A DNA stretch of 64,000 bases from an uncultured Verrucomicrobiae bacterium (GCA_963764165.1 CAVXRD010000002.1:1056001-1120000); one strand, 5' to 3'; positions 51,548-61,401 are shown, counted from the first letter of the stretch. Numbers and translations: made by a program. The notes: generated by a model not told the origin, from the sequence alone.

Positions 51548-51795
51548 TGGTCTGGCATGCTCGCGCGGCGGCTGCCGATGCGGTATTAAAACCCGCGCTT
51601 CCTCGAAGTCAATAAAAAGCGTCCGAATCACGAAAACCGAAAAGGCCATTCAGCCGCAAATGGGCGCAGATCAGCGTAGATAACGACAAATCATACAACG
51701 GAAGCAAACCGCGCGCATCGCAATGTTGTCGCGTAAGTTAAAGGGTTTTAAAGGTTTCTCGGAAAATCTGCGTTAATCTGCGTCTCTTGCCAACA

Positions 51796-52254
51796 TCAAC
51801 GGAGCATCGTGTCCAGCATGTTGATATGCTGATGGTCGTAATAGACGTAGGGAGCAAAGGTTGATACCCGGCTCATCGCGTCGTCGTAATAGCCTGAGGT
51901 TATGCGCGATTTCCACGTATCGCGGAAGGACAGGATTCCACTGCGCCTTGCGGACGAGTCTCTGGACAGGAGTTGTGGCAGGTTCGGATCTTCGGCGCGA
52001 TCCGGCGCACCGGGAGCCATTTCTTCGGTGCCCGCCACTGGCGCATTCGTTGCGGGGGGAGTTGGCAGCGGAGCGGTCTTTGCGGACGAAGTCCTATTCG
52101 CTGGCTGCGCGACTGCGGCCGCGCTCACGACCGGGCCATTGGTTTCGTGCGGCGGTGTCGAACACGCCGTCAGCAAAACCATCGTTGCCACGAGACCGGC
52201 CAGCCCCTTCTCCCGGGACATTAAATTGCAAACTGAATTGCCTTCTATTTTCAT
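51796..52254 (-). CDS. Hypothetical lipoprotein
   Basis: SD GGAGG before the ATG; lipobox LLTAC; Pro/Ala-rich linker; short C-terminal segment. Confidence 0.55.
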   Translation of the reverse strand: MKIEGNSVCNLMSREKGLAGLVATMVLLTACSTPPHETNGPVVSAAAVAQPANRTSSAKTAPLPTPPATNAPVAGTEEMAPGAPDRAEDPNLPQLLSRDSSARRSGILSFRDTWKSRITSGYYDDAMSRVSTFAPYVYYDHQHINMLDTMLR

Positions 52255-52425
52255 AATTCCTCCAGTGTCAAAAGCCTTTTCGCGCCCTCAACATACGCTA
52301 ATATTTAGTTTACGTCAGCGGGTAGTTGAACCCAAGCTGACGCCGCGTGCGGCGAGGCTCCCTCGAGCCCATATGGGTTGCCGGCAATGGGTCATGGCGT
52401 CTCTTTCCCGCACCTCAGAAATCAC

Positions 52426-52579
52426 AGCTCAATAGAGTCTCGCCCTGCCTCAAAAAATGAAAATTCCCGGTCATGTGGCACAATTCTTTCTTTAAGGCCC
52501 CCCGAAGGTTTTATTGTGCGGTTTTGACCGTGGATTTGTTTGAATTTAGTCGGTAGAGGCGCATGACCTCTGGCGGGTT
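52426..52579 (+). ncRNA. Candidate rod-shaped structured RNA with central bubble (6S-like)
   Basis: Nested pairings found by hand: AGAGUC/GACCUCU, CGCC/GGCG, CUGCC/GGUAG, central bubble, CGGUCA/UGACCG, GCACAAU/AUUGUGC, AAGGCC/GGUUUU. G-U pairs favour the + strand. Confidence 0.4.
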
Positions 52580-52609
52580 TAAAGGAACCCTTGTTAGAAA
52601 ACCAAAACG

Positions 52610-52641
52610 AAAGGACGCTTGCTTGCACAAGCGTCCTTTTT
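52610..52641 (+). terminator. Intrinsic terminator
   Basis: Hairpin AAAGGACGCTTG-cttgca-CAAGCGTCCTTT ending in a T5 tract. Confidence 0.75.
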
Positions 52642-52696
52642 CGCGCTTGACGGCCTCCCCGAAAGTGGGCTAAGTGAATGCCTGAGGTCGATTAAA

Positions 52697-54106
52697 TTGA
52701 AGGCACATAGACTTATTACCCCATTTTTCGCCTGGCTCCTGGCCGGGTTTTGCTGCCTATCGGCGTTCGCGCAACCGCATCCGGTTCAAAGCGTTACGAA
52801 GCAATTCACCGCGACCACCTTGCAAACGCCAGGCACGCCTCGGCCCCCGGACAAGTTGAATCAGGCCCTCGTTGGAGGGAGTTCCGCCTACCTGCTTTCC
52901 AGCAAGGCGGGTTCAGCAGTCCGGAACAATGATGAAGTCGCATTGAGCCCGGCCACTTTGGTTGTATCCTGCGAACGTGTTAAAAAGCTGGTGCTTAACA
53001 GATTAGGAATGAACGACGCGTGGCGCGGGCGCATCGAGTTGACCATCAATCCCGCCATGGCGCAGGATGCCGTGCCGCAGCTCAGGGCCATCCATGACTC
53101 CTATGGCTGGACCTATCGGCTGGAGCTTTTTTCCCGGGTCAAAGAGCAAGTTTTGATGCGGTCCCTCATTCAAACCATCCTATTGGAAATCGCCAACCGG
53201 CAGGCCGGAGTCCAATCCGCTGACGTTCCGTTCTGGCTCGTTGAGGGGTTGAGCGCCGATCTGCAATCAACCAGCCTGCCGACGTTTATCGTTCAACCTG
53301 ATCAAAATTGGACAGGCGATGTGCGATGGAATAGAACAGCCGACACCATTCCTCCCGAATTGCGCCAGCGCGCTCCGTTGAGTTTTCAGGAGCTAAGTTT
53401 CCCGCAGTCGGCCGATTTTTCGGGCGCCTCCAGCCTGTATCGAAGCTGCGCCCGGCTTTTCGTCGAACAGCTTCTGCGATTCAATGATGGTCGCGCGTGC
53501 CTGGCGTCCATGCTCAATCAGCTGCCGCAGTGTTGGAATTGGCAGACGGCTTTCCTGCAAGCGTTCCATTCCCACTTCGCCCAGCTCCTTGACGTGGAAA
53601 AATGGTGGAGCGTGAGCTGGATCGATTACATCAGCGGCACGCGCTCGCAACTATGGTCGGCGGGCGATTGCCAGCGGACGCTGCAAAATAGTCTTGACGT
53701 TCCGGTCGATGTGCATTTTGGCCCCGATCAAATGCCGGTCGAAGCCAAGGTAACGCTCCAGGAAGTCATCCAGCAGTGGGCGCCGCTGGAAGCCTATCAG
53801 GCAATCCAGCGCTCGATGAGCCAGCTGAAATTTCTCATCCCGAGGGCCACTGCCGATGTGAAACCGTTTGCGCAGCTTTATTTAAAGACCCTGGCGGATT
53901 ATCTCAATGCCACTGCCTCAGCGGCACGCAATCATGAACTGGGGCGAAATCCTCCCAACCTGTTGCAATTCGCCAAAATTGAAGCGGTTCGGCAGCTAGA
54001 TGCTTTGGACCGGCAGCGCCAAGCCGCGCGGCCCGCAAGCGTGTCCACTACACCTCAACTGAGCGCCTTGGGGCAGGCGGCCCCAACGGCGCGCGCTGTT
54101 CAGTAA
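52697..54106 (+). CDS. Secreted hypothetical protein (peptidase-MA-like fold lacking HExxH)
   Basis: Signal peptide after TTG 52697; VPFWLVEGLSA motif; no HExxH. Confidence 0.55.
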   Translation: MKAHRLITPFFAWLLAGFCCLSAFAQPHPVQSVTKQFTATTLQTPGTPRPPDKLNQALVGGSSAYLLSSKAGSAVRNNDEVALSPATLVVSCERVKKLVLNRLGMNDAWRGRIELTINPAMAQDAVPQLRAIHDSYGWTYRLELFSRVKEQVLMRSLIQTILLEIANRQAGVQSADVPFWLVEGLSADLQSTSLPTFIVQPDQNWTGDVRWNRTADTIPPELRQRAPLSFQELSFPQSADFSGASSLYRSCARLFVEQLLRFNDGRACLASMLNQLPQCWNWQTAFLQAFHSHFAQLLDVEKWWSVSWIDYISGTRSQLWSAGDCQRTLQNSLDVPVDVHFGPDQMPVEAKVTLQEVIQQWAPLEAYQAIQRSMSQLKFLIPRATADVKPFAQLYLKTLADYLNATASAARNHELGRNPPNLLQFAKIEAVRQLDALDRQRQAARPASVSTTPQLSALGQAAPTARAVQ

Positions 54107-54110
54107 AGCA

Positions 54111-54572
54111 TTATTTCTGCGGCGGCTGCGGCGCTCCGGCCGGAGGCGGCGTTTGCGGGGCAGCCGGCGGGGGTGTCCCGGGAGGGGTTCCGCCAGGAGG
54201 CATCCCCGCGCCTGGACGCTGGGGAGGCGGCTGCGGAGCGGGAAGAACTTTCATGATCGCCTGCAATTCTTCGAGCGCCTTGTCGCACGCATCAATGGCG
54301 GACTGTTTGTGACCGCTCATATCATCTTGGGAGGCTTGCAGGCCGCGCTTCACATCCTGGAGGCTCCGCACCGCCATCGGGACAGACGTCCGCAGCGGAC
54401 GCCCTGCCATGGGGCCGCCTGGCCGCCGCCCGGGGGGCATGGGAGCCGGGGCGGGCCCGGGAGCCGGAGTAGGAATCGGGCTTGGAGCCGGGGCGTCCTG
54501 GGCCAGGGTGGAATTCGCGCACACAGCCAGAACCAACGCGGCGCCGGCTGCCAATAGAGTATTTTTCTTCAT
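54111..54572 (-). CDS. Pro-rich small secreted protein
   Basis: Signal peptide; short helical core (DMSGHKQSAIDACDKAL) flanked by Pro-rich tails. Confidence 0.65.
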   Translation of the reverse strand: MKKNTLLAAGAALVLAVCANSTLAQDAPAPSPIPTPAPGPAPAPMPPGRRPGGPMAGRPLRTSVPMAVRSLQDVKRGLQASQDDMSGHKQSAIDACDKALEELQAIMKVLPAPQPPPQRPGAGMPPGGTPPGTPPPAAPQTPPPAGAPQPPQK

Positions 54573-54800
54573 AAATTTTAAATATCGTGACTAAAGCCAA
54601 CGTAACTCCATGAAGAACCCCGGTAAAGTGGAAAAGTTAGGCCACTGGCATAGCCACAGATGGACACAGATAAGACAAAGAGCGGCAAAACAGGGAATGA
54701 CGGGATGCCCCTTCTCTTGAACGGGCCGCCGCTGAACGCCTTGCGAACGCCCTCGGAAAGCCTGTCGGATTTCTTCCACGGCGGTTATTAATTGATTGAG

Positions 54801-56408
54801 ATGCAGACAAAGCCGGACGCACAGCTTTTGCGAGATTACGCCGAACTCGGCCGCGAGGACGCCTTCGCCGAAATCGTCGCGCGACATACGGGCCTGGTCT
54901 ACTCCGCCGCGCTCCGGCAAGTCAGTTCGCCTGATATCGCGGCGGAAGTGGCGCAGGGCGTTTTTATTGGATTGGCGCAGGCGGCGAAATCATTGTCGCG
55001 GCGAATCGGGCAGGACGCGTCACTGGCGGGCTGGCTTTGCCGAAGCGCGCGCAACATCTCACACAACCACCGCCGTGATGAATTTCGCCGCCGCCGGCGC
55101 GAAGAACTCGCTATGGAAAATATCGATGCAGCCGCCGAACCGGATCACGAATGGGAGAAACTGCGCTCCACCCTCGACGATGCGATGGCGGATCTGGATT
55201 CAACCGATTACGACGCGATCGTCATGCGTTTTTTCCGCAATCAGGATTTCCGCTCCGTGGGCCAGGCGCTCGGCGTCAGCGATGACACGGCTCAAAAACG
55301 TGTTTCGCGCGCGCTGGAAAAATTGCGCGATCTCCTGAGGCATCGCGGCATTCAGACCACCGCCGCCGCGCTGTCAATCACACTTTCAGCGAAAGCCATC
55401 CATGCCGCGCCGGCCGGGCTGGCGGCCAGCATTTCGTCCGCAGCCATGCTTACGCAAAGCGCCGCCACCACTTCAACCGCCATCACCGTCACCAAAGGAA
55501 TTCTTATGACAACTGTTCAAAAAACACTCGTGGCCGCCGCCTTTGCCGCGGCGCTTGGCGCCGGAATTTACGAAGCCCGCCGCGCTGGATCCCTGCAGGA
55601 GCAAACCAGGGCGCTCGCCGCCGAACACGACACGCTTGCGAAACTGTTGGCGGACGAACGCGAGAAATCCTCGCGCGCGCTGGCGGCAGCCGCGGGGCCG
55701 AAGCCTGGCGCGCCCAACCAGCAATCAGAGATTCTGCGGCTGAGGTCACGGGTCGGCCAGTTGCAGGATCAATTGTCCAAAGCGCTGGCCGCCGAGAAAA
55801 ACCCTTCGTCGCCTGAAATAACTTCATGGCTCGACCGCGTGAAAAAATTGAAGGACAAACTCGCGCAGGCGCCCGAGCGGTCCATTCCGGAATTTCAAAT
55901 GCTCACCGAGCAGGACTGGCTCGACGCCGTCAGGGACATCCGACAGCTTGAGAGCGACGAGGATTTCAACAAGGCGCTGAATGCGCTGCGGGAAGCTGCC
56001 AAGCGCACAGTGAGCAACACTTTCCAAGGCGCGATGCAAGCGTATGCCAAGGCCAACAACGGCGCGCTGCCGGGCGATTTTTCACAACTCCAACCCTATT
56101 TTGCGACGGCGCCGGACGATTCCGTTTTGCAAGGCTACGAGTTCGCGCAGCCTGGCACTGTAATTTCGAAAAACACCTCATTGGTCGATCAAAACGGCAA
56201 TTACTACTCGTCGCAGCTAAAGATAAGCATGGACGGCATAGGCAGCTCTACGACCAGCGAGGATACATTGCACCAAGCCATCCAATCCTATCTGGCCGCG
56301 AATAATGGGCAAACGCTCACCGACCCAACCCAACTGCTGCCCTACGTGACAACCCCCGAGGAGAAAACCGCGCTGCAAAAGATTTTACAAGGGCGAGCCC
56401 CGCATTGA
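54801..56408 (+). CDS. ECF sigma-70 factor with long C-terminal TM/extracytoplasmic extension
   Basis: D.QLLRDYA, AFAEIVARH.GLVYSAALR, LAGWL, LDDAM..L, MRFF, LGVSDDTAQKRVSRALEKLR; then a TM helix and coiled coil. Confidence 0.88.
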   Translation: MQTKPDAQLLRDYAELGREDAFAEIVARHTGLVYSAALRQVSSPDIAAEVAQGVFIGLAQAAKSLSRRIGQDASLAGWLCRSARNISHNHRRDEFRRRRREELAMENIDAAAEPDHEWEKLRSTLDDAMADLDSTDYDAIVMRFFRNQDFRSVGQALGVSDDTAQKRVSRALEKLRDLLRHRGIQTTAAALSITLSAKAIHAAPAGLAASISSAAMLTQSAATTSTAITVTKGILMTTVQKTLVAAAFAAALGAGIYEARRAGSLQEQTRALAAEHDTLAKLLADEREKSSRALAAAAGPKPGAPNQQSEILRLRSRVGQLQDQLSKALAAEKNPSSPEITSWLDRVKKLKDKLAQAPERSIPEFQMLTEQDWLDAVRDIRQLESDEDFNKALNALREAAKRTVSNTFQGAMQAYAKANNGALPGDFSQLQPYFATAPDDSVLQGYEFAQPGTVISKNTSLVDQNGNYYSSQLKISMDGIGSSTTSEDTLHQAIQSYLAANNGQTLTDPTQLLPYVTTPEEKTALQKILQGRAPH

Positions 56409-56460
56409 CGGGGGCGAATGCGGGTGTGATTGCAAAAGAAGTAATGCGCACACGCATTTA

Positions 56461-56578
56461 GGCGCGGCTGTGTTCGACGGAGCGAAGCGACAATGAATCA
56501 GCCGCAGCACACTGGAATTAGCAGGCGCGCGTGTCCGTTCAACGCACTGCGGCTGGTCTTCGACACAGCCGGGCCCCG
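56461..56578. repeat. Degenerate REP-like palindrome (GCGGCTGTGTCGAAGACCAGCCGCAG family)
   Basis: Right arm ctgcggctggtcttcgacacagccg is identical to that in 58781-58885. Confidence 0.75.
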
Positions 56579-56681
56579 CCTGACCGGCTGCGTCCCTCAC
56601 CCGCTTCTAATCACTCCCGGCGGACGCGCCGTTCGCCGAGCGCGTTTGACATTCACGGATTTGAAGCGTCATGCTTTCGGC

Positions 56682-58775
56682 ATGCGTTGGATGATTGTTT
56701 GGAACTGCCTGGCCTGCGCGATGGCACTGTGCACGAGCGCGACAGCGGATGAAATCAAGCCTCTCGCGTTTGCCGGTGAGGTGGAGACCCTGGATATCAA
56801 CCAAGTCCGCACCAATGGCGCGTCCGTGTCGCGAGTTTCCTCGGACGGGCGCCAATGCTGGCGCGTAGCGACAGGCCACCAAACGGACTGGCCCGGCATT
56901 TCGATTCGCGCCCCGCACGAGCATTGGGACTTGTCGCCCTTTGCGGAAGTCCGCATCGTTGTCAAGAATATCGGGTCGAATGCGCTTCCGATTTGCAGCC
57001 GGATCGATAATCCGGGCGCGGATGGAAAAAGCCATTGCGTCAACGGCAATTTGACCCTCGCGCCAGGGCAATCCGGCACGCTCGTTGCCGTCCTGGATCG
57101 AAAGTCCGAGAACGCCGTTTTCGCAAAGTTGTTCGGCATGGTCGGCTATCCGGGCAAGTGGGGCAGAGTGGGCACGATTGATCCGTCCAACGTCACCCAG
57201 CTCATTGTCTTCATTGCCAAACCGGCAGAAGATCATCTGTTCGAGATTTCCAGCATTGAGGCGGCGGGCGCCTACGTTGCGCCTGCCGTCTGGACCGGCG
57301 ATGCGGATTCGTTTTTCCCATTCGTCGATGCATTCGGCCAATACAAACACAGCGACTGGCCCGGCAAAACCAGGTCGGTGGCAGATCTCGCCGCCGCACG
57401 CGAGGCGGAAGACCGCGAATTGAAAGCGAAGAGCGGTCCTGACAATTGGAATAGTTACGGCGGCTGGACCGCTGGACCGAGTCTCGAAGCCACCGGCTTT
57501 TTCCGCGCGCAGAAAGTCAACGGGAAGTGGTGGCTGGTCGATCCATCCGGCCATTTGTTTTTTTCCAACGGCATCGACACCATCGGCTACGGCGACATGA
57601 CGCCGATTGACGAGCGGACAAATTGGTTCGAGAAATTTCCCGGAGACGACCAGGAATTTCCACATTTTCTGGAACACCAGCATTGCCTTTTGGGCCATTA
57701 CGCGGGCCGCTCGCCCCTTTGCTTTTCGTTCGTCAAAGCAAACTTGCAGAGGAAATACGGGCCGGACTGCCCGCTTCATTATCCCGCGCTTGTGCATCGC
57801 CGGCTGCGAAGCTGGGGCATCAATACCATTGGCAACTGGGCCGACCCAGGCGTCACGGCTGTACGTTTGACACCATATGTGGATTCCATCGGCAGCTGGG
57901 GAGCCAGGATGATTGAGGGCAGCGGCGGTTATTGGGGCAAATTCCCGGATGTCTTCGATCCATCCTTCGCGCCATCCATCCGCCGTTCCATGGCGGAAAA
58001 AGCGAAAACTTCCGCGGGTGACGAATGGTGCGTCGGCTACTTTTCCGACAACGAGATGTCCTGGGGCAGCGAAACCTCGCTGGCGCTGGCCGCCTTGGCG
58101 TCCGGGGCGGACCAGGAAGCGAAGAAAGTCTTCATCGCCGACCTCAAGGCGAAATACGGTGACATCGCCAAACTGAATGCTGCTTGGGGCACAACGCTTT
58201 CGTCGTGGGACGCGATGCTCCAGGAAACAATCAAACCCGATGCGGCCAAAGCGCGTGTTGATTTGACAGCGTTCTACACCAAACTCGCCGAGGAATATTT
58301 CCGCTCCGTGCGAAACGCGATCAAGGAAGTCGCGCCGCACCAGCTTTATCTCGGATGCCGGTTCGCCGAGGGCAATCCCCTGGCCTCCGCCGCCGCGGCG
58401 AAATATTGCGATGTCGTCAGCTTCAACATTTACAAGCGAAGCGTGGCGAATTTTGTATTTGACGGCGGAGCGGACGTCCCGATTCTCATTGGAGAGTTTC
58501 ATTTTGGGGCGATGGACCGCGGGCTGTTTTCGCCCGGCTTGGTTGAGCTGCCGAACCAGCAGGAGCGCGCGAACGCCTATCGCGAATATGTTCGGGGCGC
58601 CCTGCGCCATCCCCAGATTGTGGGCTGCCACTGGTTCGAATATCAGGACGAGCCTCTCACCGGCAGAACGTGGGACGGAGAGAATTATCAAATCGGCTTC
58701 ATCGACGTGGCGGACACGCCGTATCCGGAAATCGTCGCCGCCTGCCGCGACATTGGCTACCACCTTTACAAATGA
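56682..58775 (+). CDS. Secreted GH50-like (beta-agarase-like) glycoside hydrolase with N-terminal CBM-like domain
   Basis: Motifs VDAFGQY...WPGK, WWLVDP.G..FFS.G, WGINTIGNW, DNEMSWG, YLGCRF, DVVSFN.Y, IGEFHFGA, DGENYQIG. Confidence 0.8.
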   Translation: MRWMIVWNCLACAMALCTSATADEIKPLAFAGEVETLDINQVRTNGASVSRVSSDGRQCWRVATGHQTDWPGISIRAPHEHWDLSPFAEVRIVVKNIGSNALPICSRIDNPGADGKSHCVNGNLTLAPGQSGTLVAVLDRKSENAVFAKLFGMVGYPGKWGRVGTIDPSNVTQLIVFIAKPAEDHLFEISSIEAAGAYVAPAVWTGDADSFFPFVDAFGQYKHSDWPGKTRSVADLAAAREAEDRELKAKSGPDNWNSYGGWTAGPSLEATGFFRAQKVNGKWWLVDPSGHLFFSNGIDTIGYGDMTPIDERTNWFEKFPGDDQEFPHFLEHQHCLLGHYAGRSPLCFSFVKANLQRKYGPDCPLHYPALVHRRLRSWGINTIGNWADPGVTAVRLTPYVDSIGSWGARMIEGSGGYWGKFPDVFDPSFAPSIRRSMAEKAKTSAGDEWCVGYFSDNEMSWGSETSLALAALASGADQEAKKVFIADLKAKYGDIAKLNAAWGTTLSSWDAMLQETIKPDAAKARVDLTAFYTKLAEEYFRSVRNAIKEVAPHQLYLGCRFAEGNPLASAAAAKYCDVVSFNIYKRSVANFVFDGGADVPILIGEFHFGAMDRGLFSPGLVELPNQQERANAYREYVRGALRHPQIVGCHWFEYQDEPLTGRTWDGENYQIGFIDVADTPYPEIVAACRDIGYHLYK

Positions 58776-58780
58776 CCTGC

Positions 58781-58885
58781 GCGGAGCGCGGCTGTGTCGA
58801 AGACCAGCCGCAGCAACGTGGAATCGACCGGCACGCCCGGCAATGACACGCGCTGCGGCTGGTCTTCGACACAGCCGCGCTCCGC
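58781..58885. repeat. Perfect 34-bp inverted repeat (REP-like) between convergent genes
   Basis: 58781-58814 gcggagcgcggctgtgtcgaagaccagccgcagc is the exact reverse complement of 58852-58885. Confidence 0.9.
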
Positions 58886-58902
58886 AAGCCGGCCGGCGTC
58901 CG

Positions 58903-59793
58903 TCAGCCACTTTCAGCCACGCCGGGCTCGATGTGCACCAGCACATCGTGGACGGAGGGCATCGTTTGTTTGACCGAGTCTTTGACGCGGTGGGAAATCT
59001 CGTGCGCCGCCCGCACCGTCAATTCGGGATCGACCTCCATGTGCATGTCAACAAAATAATCATAGCCGGCCTTGCGCACGATGCATTTTTCAATCCGCAT
59101 CACGCCCGGGACTTTTCCGGCCGCCAATTTGATTTGATTGACAAGCCCCGGATTCGGCGCGGCGTCCATTAATTCATCCAGCGCGGGCCTCAGCAATCTC
59201 CAGCCGTTCCACGCAATGATGACGGCCGCGACAATCGCGGCGGCGTTATCCGCGAAGGCAAATTTCGGCCCGCCCAGCACCGCCAGCGTGATGCCGATGG
59301 CGGCCGCCAGCGAAGTGACGGCGTCGCTGCGATGATGCCATGCATCCGCGTGAACCACCATGCTCTCGGCGGATTCAGCCTCGCGCGCAACGTAGCGGAA
59401 CATCGCCTCCTTCAAAACCACCACCCCGACAAGCACCGCCAGCGTGAAGAGGCGCGGCTTGGCTTGTTCGGAGGAGGCGAGGTCATGCCCGGATTTGAGG
59501 ACGATGCCCGCCGCCGCCAGCAAGAGCATGATGGACACTGTCGCCGTCGCCAGCGGCTCCGCTTTGCCGTGGCCATAAGGATGCTCAGGATCGGCCGGTT
59601 CCGCGGCGACCACCACCGCGCGCCAGACAATAATCGAGCTGAGAATATCGGCGGTGGATTCCACGGCGTCGGCCACCAGCGCGTGCGAATGGCCGAGAAA
59701 GCCCGCGGTAAATTTCGCCACCGCCAGCACAGCGTTGACCGCCATGCCGACGAAGGTCGCTTGCAGGCTGCGCTTGAGCCGGTCCTTTGCCAC
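58903..59793 (-). CDS. Cation diffusion facilitator family transporter (FieF-like)
   Basis: Motifs SHALVADAVES..D, HPYGHGKAE, ADAWHHRSD, DMHMEV, AHEI, VHIEP. Confidence 0.93.
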   Translation of the reverse strand: MAKDRLKRSLQATFVGMAVNAVLAVAKFTAGFLGHSHALVADAVESTADILSSIIVWRAVVVAAEPADPEHPYGHGKAEPLATATVSIMLLLAAAGIVLKSGHDLASSEQAKPRLFTLAVLVGVVVLKEAMFRYVAREAESAESMVVHADAWHHRSDAVTSLAAAIGITLAVLGGPKFAFADNAAAIVAAVIIAWNGWRLLRPALDELMDAAPNPGLVNQIKLAAGKVPGVMRIEKCIVRKAGYDYFVDMHMEVDPELTVRAAHEISHRVKDSVKQTMPSVHDVLVHIEPGVAESG

Positions 59794-59976
59794 GGCGAGG
59801 AATCTGGCAGGGATTGGCGCGCATCACAAGCGCGCCATTCCGCAATGGCAGGGACTCCTCTGGAAAGCGGAACTTCCGCCCGAGACGCACGAGGCCGTGG
59901 AACTTTTCCGGCGCATTCGGACTTGCGAGAGCCCCCGGAGGCCTCGGCGAGGCGTCCCTGCCATTAAAAAGCTGGA

Positions 59977-61248
59977 TCAGCTTTTGGCCAGGGATTGAGA
60001 TAGAACGGCAATCGCCTTGAGCAATTGCGCATCGTGACTTTTGCCCAGCTCATCAGCCGTCATCTCCTTTTCGGAGGACGGGCGCAGAATCGCGTCGGGT
60101 GGCATGGAGACTTTTTCATCCGGCTCGATGCCGCGATGCCAGAAAGATTGCTTATTGGGCGTGAGCCATTCCTGGACCGCCAGCAGCATGGCCGAGCCGT
60201 CGGGCAATTGGAATTGCGTCAACACCGTTCCGGTGCCGAGGGTCGTTTCGCCGATCAACTTGGCGCGATGCGAATCATGCAAGGCGCCCGCCACAATTTC
60301 CGAATCACTGGCTGAACCGGAATTGATGAGCACCGTTATTGGAATGTTTGTGGCCACGCCGTTGGATTGCACGGCGACGGGCGAAATTGCGCCCATGGCA
60401 TTTTTTTCCCACATCACATTGCCGGTCCCGATGAACTGGCTGGCGGCGCCGATGGCTTCTTCCAGCGCGCCGCCGGGATTATTGCGCAAATCCAAAATCA
60501 CGCCTTTGATCCCCTGCCCCTGAATGTCGACCAGCGCCTTGCGCAGATCAGAAGTCAACCCTTCGCTGAACATCGAAATGCGAAGGTGCGCGAGATCGGT
60601 GCCGGGCAAACGCTGCCACGTCACGTTGTTCACTTTCATCGCGGCGCGGACGATTTTGATTTCGCGCTTCTTGCCGTCGCTCGGGTTGCACAGCGTCAGC
60701 GCCACCGGCTTTCCCATTTCCCCCGCCATCCGCGCCGAAATATGGCTGATCGGCATCCCGCTGACCGAGTGGCCGTCCACTTCCAGAATGACGTCCCCCG
60801 GACGCACGCCCGCTTGCTGCGCCGGCGAGCCTTCCATGGGGGCGACGATCACGGTCTGGTGATTGGTGGATTGCGTAATTTCGACACCAATGCCGTTCAA
60901 GCGGCCCTGCACCGCCGCGCCCGCCTTGCGCGCTTCGTTGGCAGTGAGATAAACACTGTGGCCGGTGTCGCCAAGCGCCTCGGTCATCCCGGCGATTGCG
61001 CCCGCCGCCATCTGCGCATGACGCACCGCCGGGCGATCTACATAAAACCGGTCAATGATGCGCCACGCCTCGCTCATCAAGCGGAATTCCGCCGTCGAAT
61101 CGGGAGGGACGCCGGAATTCAGAAACCACCGCTCCAACCCCGCCCCCGCGCTCAGCGTCGCGACAAACAGCAAAGCGACGATATAACCGCGGCGCACACG
61201 CAAGGATATAAGCCGCAATTGGGCATCCGGGTTGTCGGTCGAATTCAT
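59977..61248 (-). CDS. S41 family C-terminal processing protease with PDZ
   Basis: Motifs GIGVEI, SPAQQAG, ILDLRNNPGG, SASDSEIVAGAL, GETTLGTGTV, GIEPD. Confidence 0.88.
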   Translation of the reverse strand: MNSTDNPDAQLRLISLRVRRGYIVALLFVATLSAGAGLERWFLNSGVPPDSTAEFRLMSEAWRIIDRFYVDRPAVRHAQMAAGAIAGMTEALGDTGHSVYLTANEARKAGAAVQGRLNGIGVEITQSTNHQTVIVAPMEGSPAQQAGVRPGDVILEVDGHSVSGMPISHISARMAGEMGKPVALTLCNPSDGKKREIKIVRAAMKVNNVTWQRLPGTDLAHLRISMFSEGLTSDLRKALVDIQGQGIKGVILDLRNNPGGALEEAIGAASQFIGTGNVMWEKNAMGAISPVAVQSNGVATNIPITVLINSGSASDSEIVAGALHDSHRAKLIGETTLGTGTVLTQFQLPDGSAMLLAVQEWLTPNKQSFWHRGIEPDEKVSMPPDAILRPSSEKEMTADELGKSHDAQLLKAIAVLSQSLAKS

Positions 61249-61401
61249 TACGGTGTCAAATCAAAAACGGCCCGCATCGCAAAGCCCACAGAATAAAGAT
61301 GCAACGTCATCGGCCCCATCATACGCCAGCGTCCCCGAGAACACAACGCAAGGCATTGCGGCAAAACGGCCATGGGGTGAGAAAAGAATTGCAAAGCAAT
61401 T

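Noticed and set aside
52321..52412. c-di-GMP-I riboswitch
   Set aside because: A GGGTTGCCG-like end is present, but the GGCAAA/GACGCAAA core is absent.
56607..58946. 779-aa - strand ORF
   Set aside because: Antisense shadow of the GH50-like gene.
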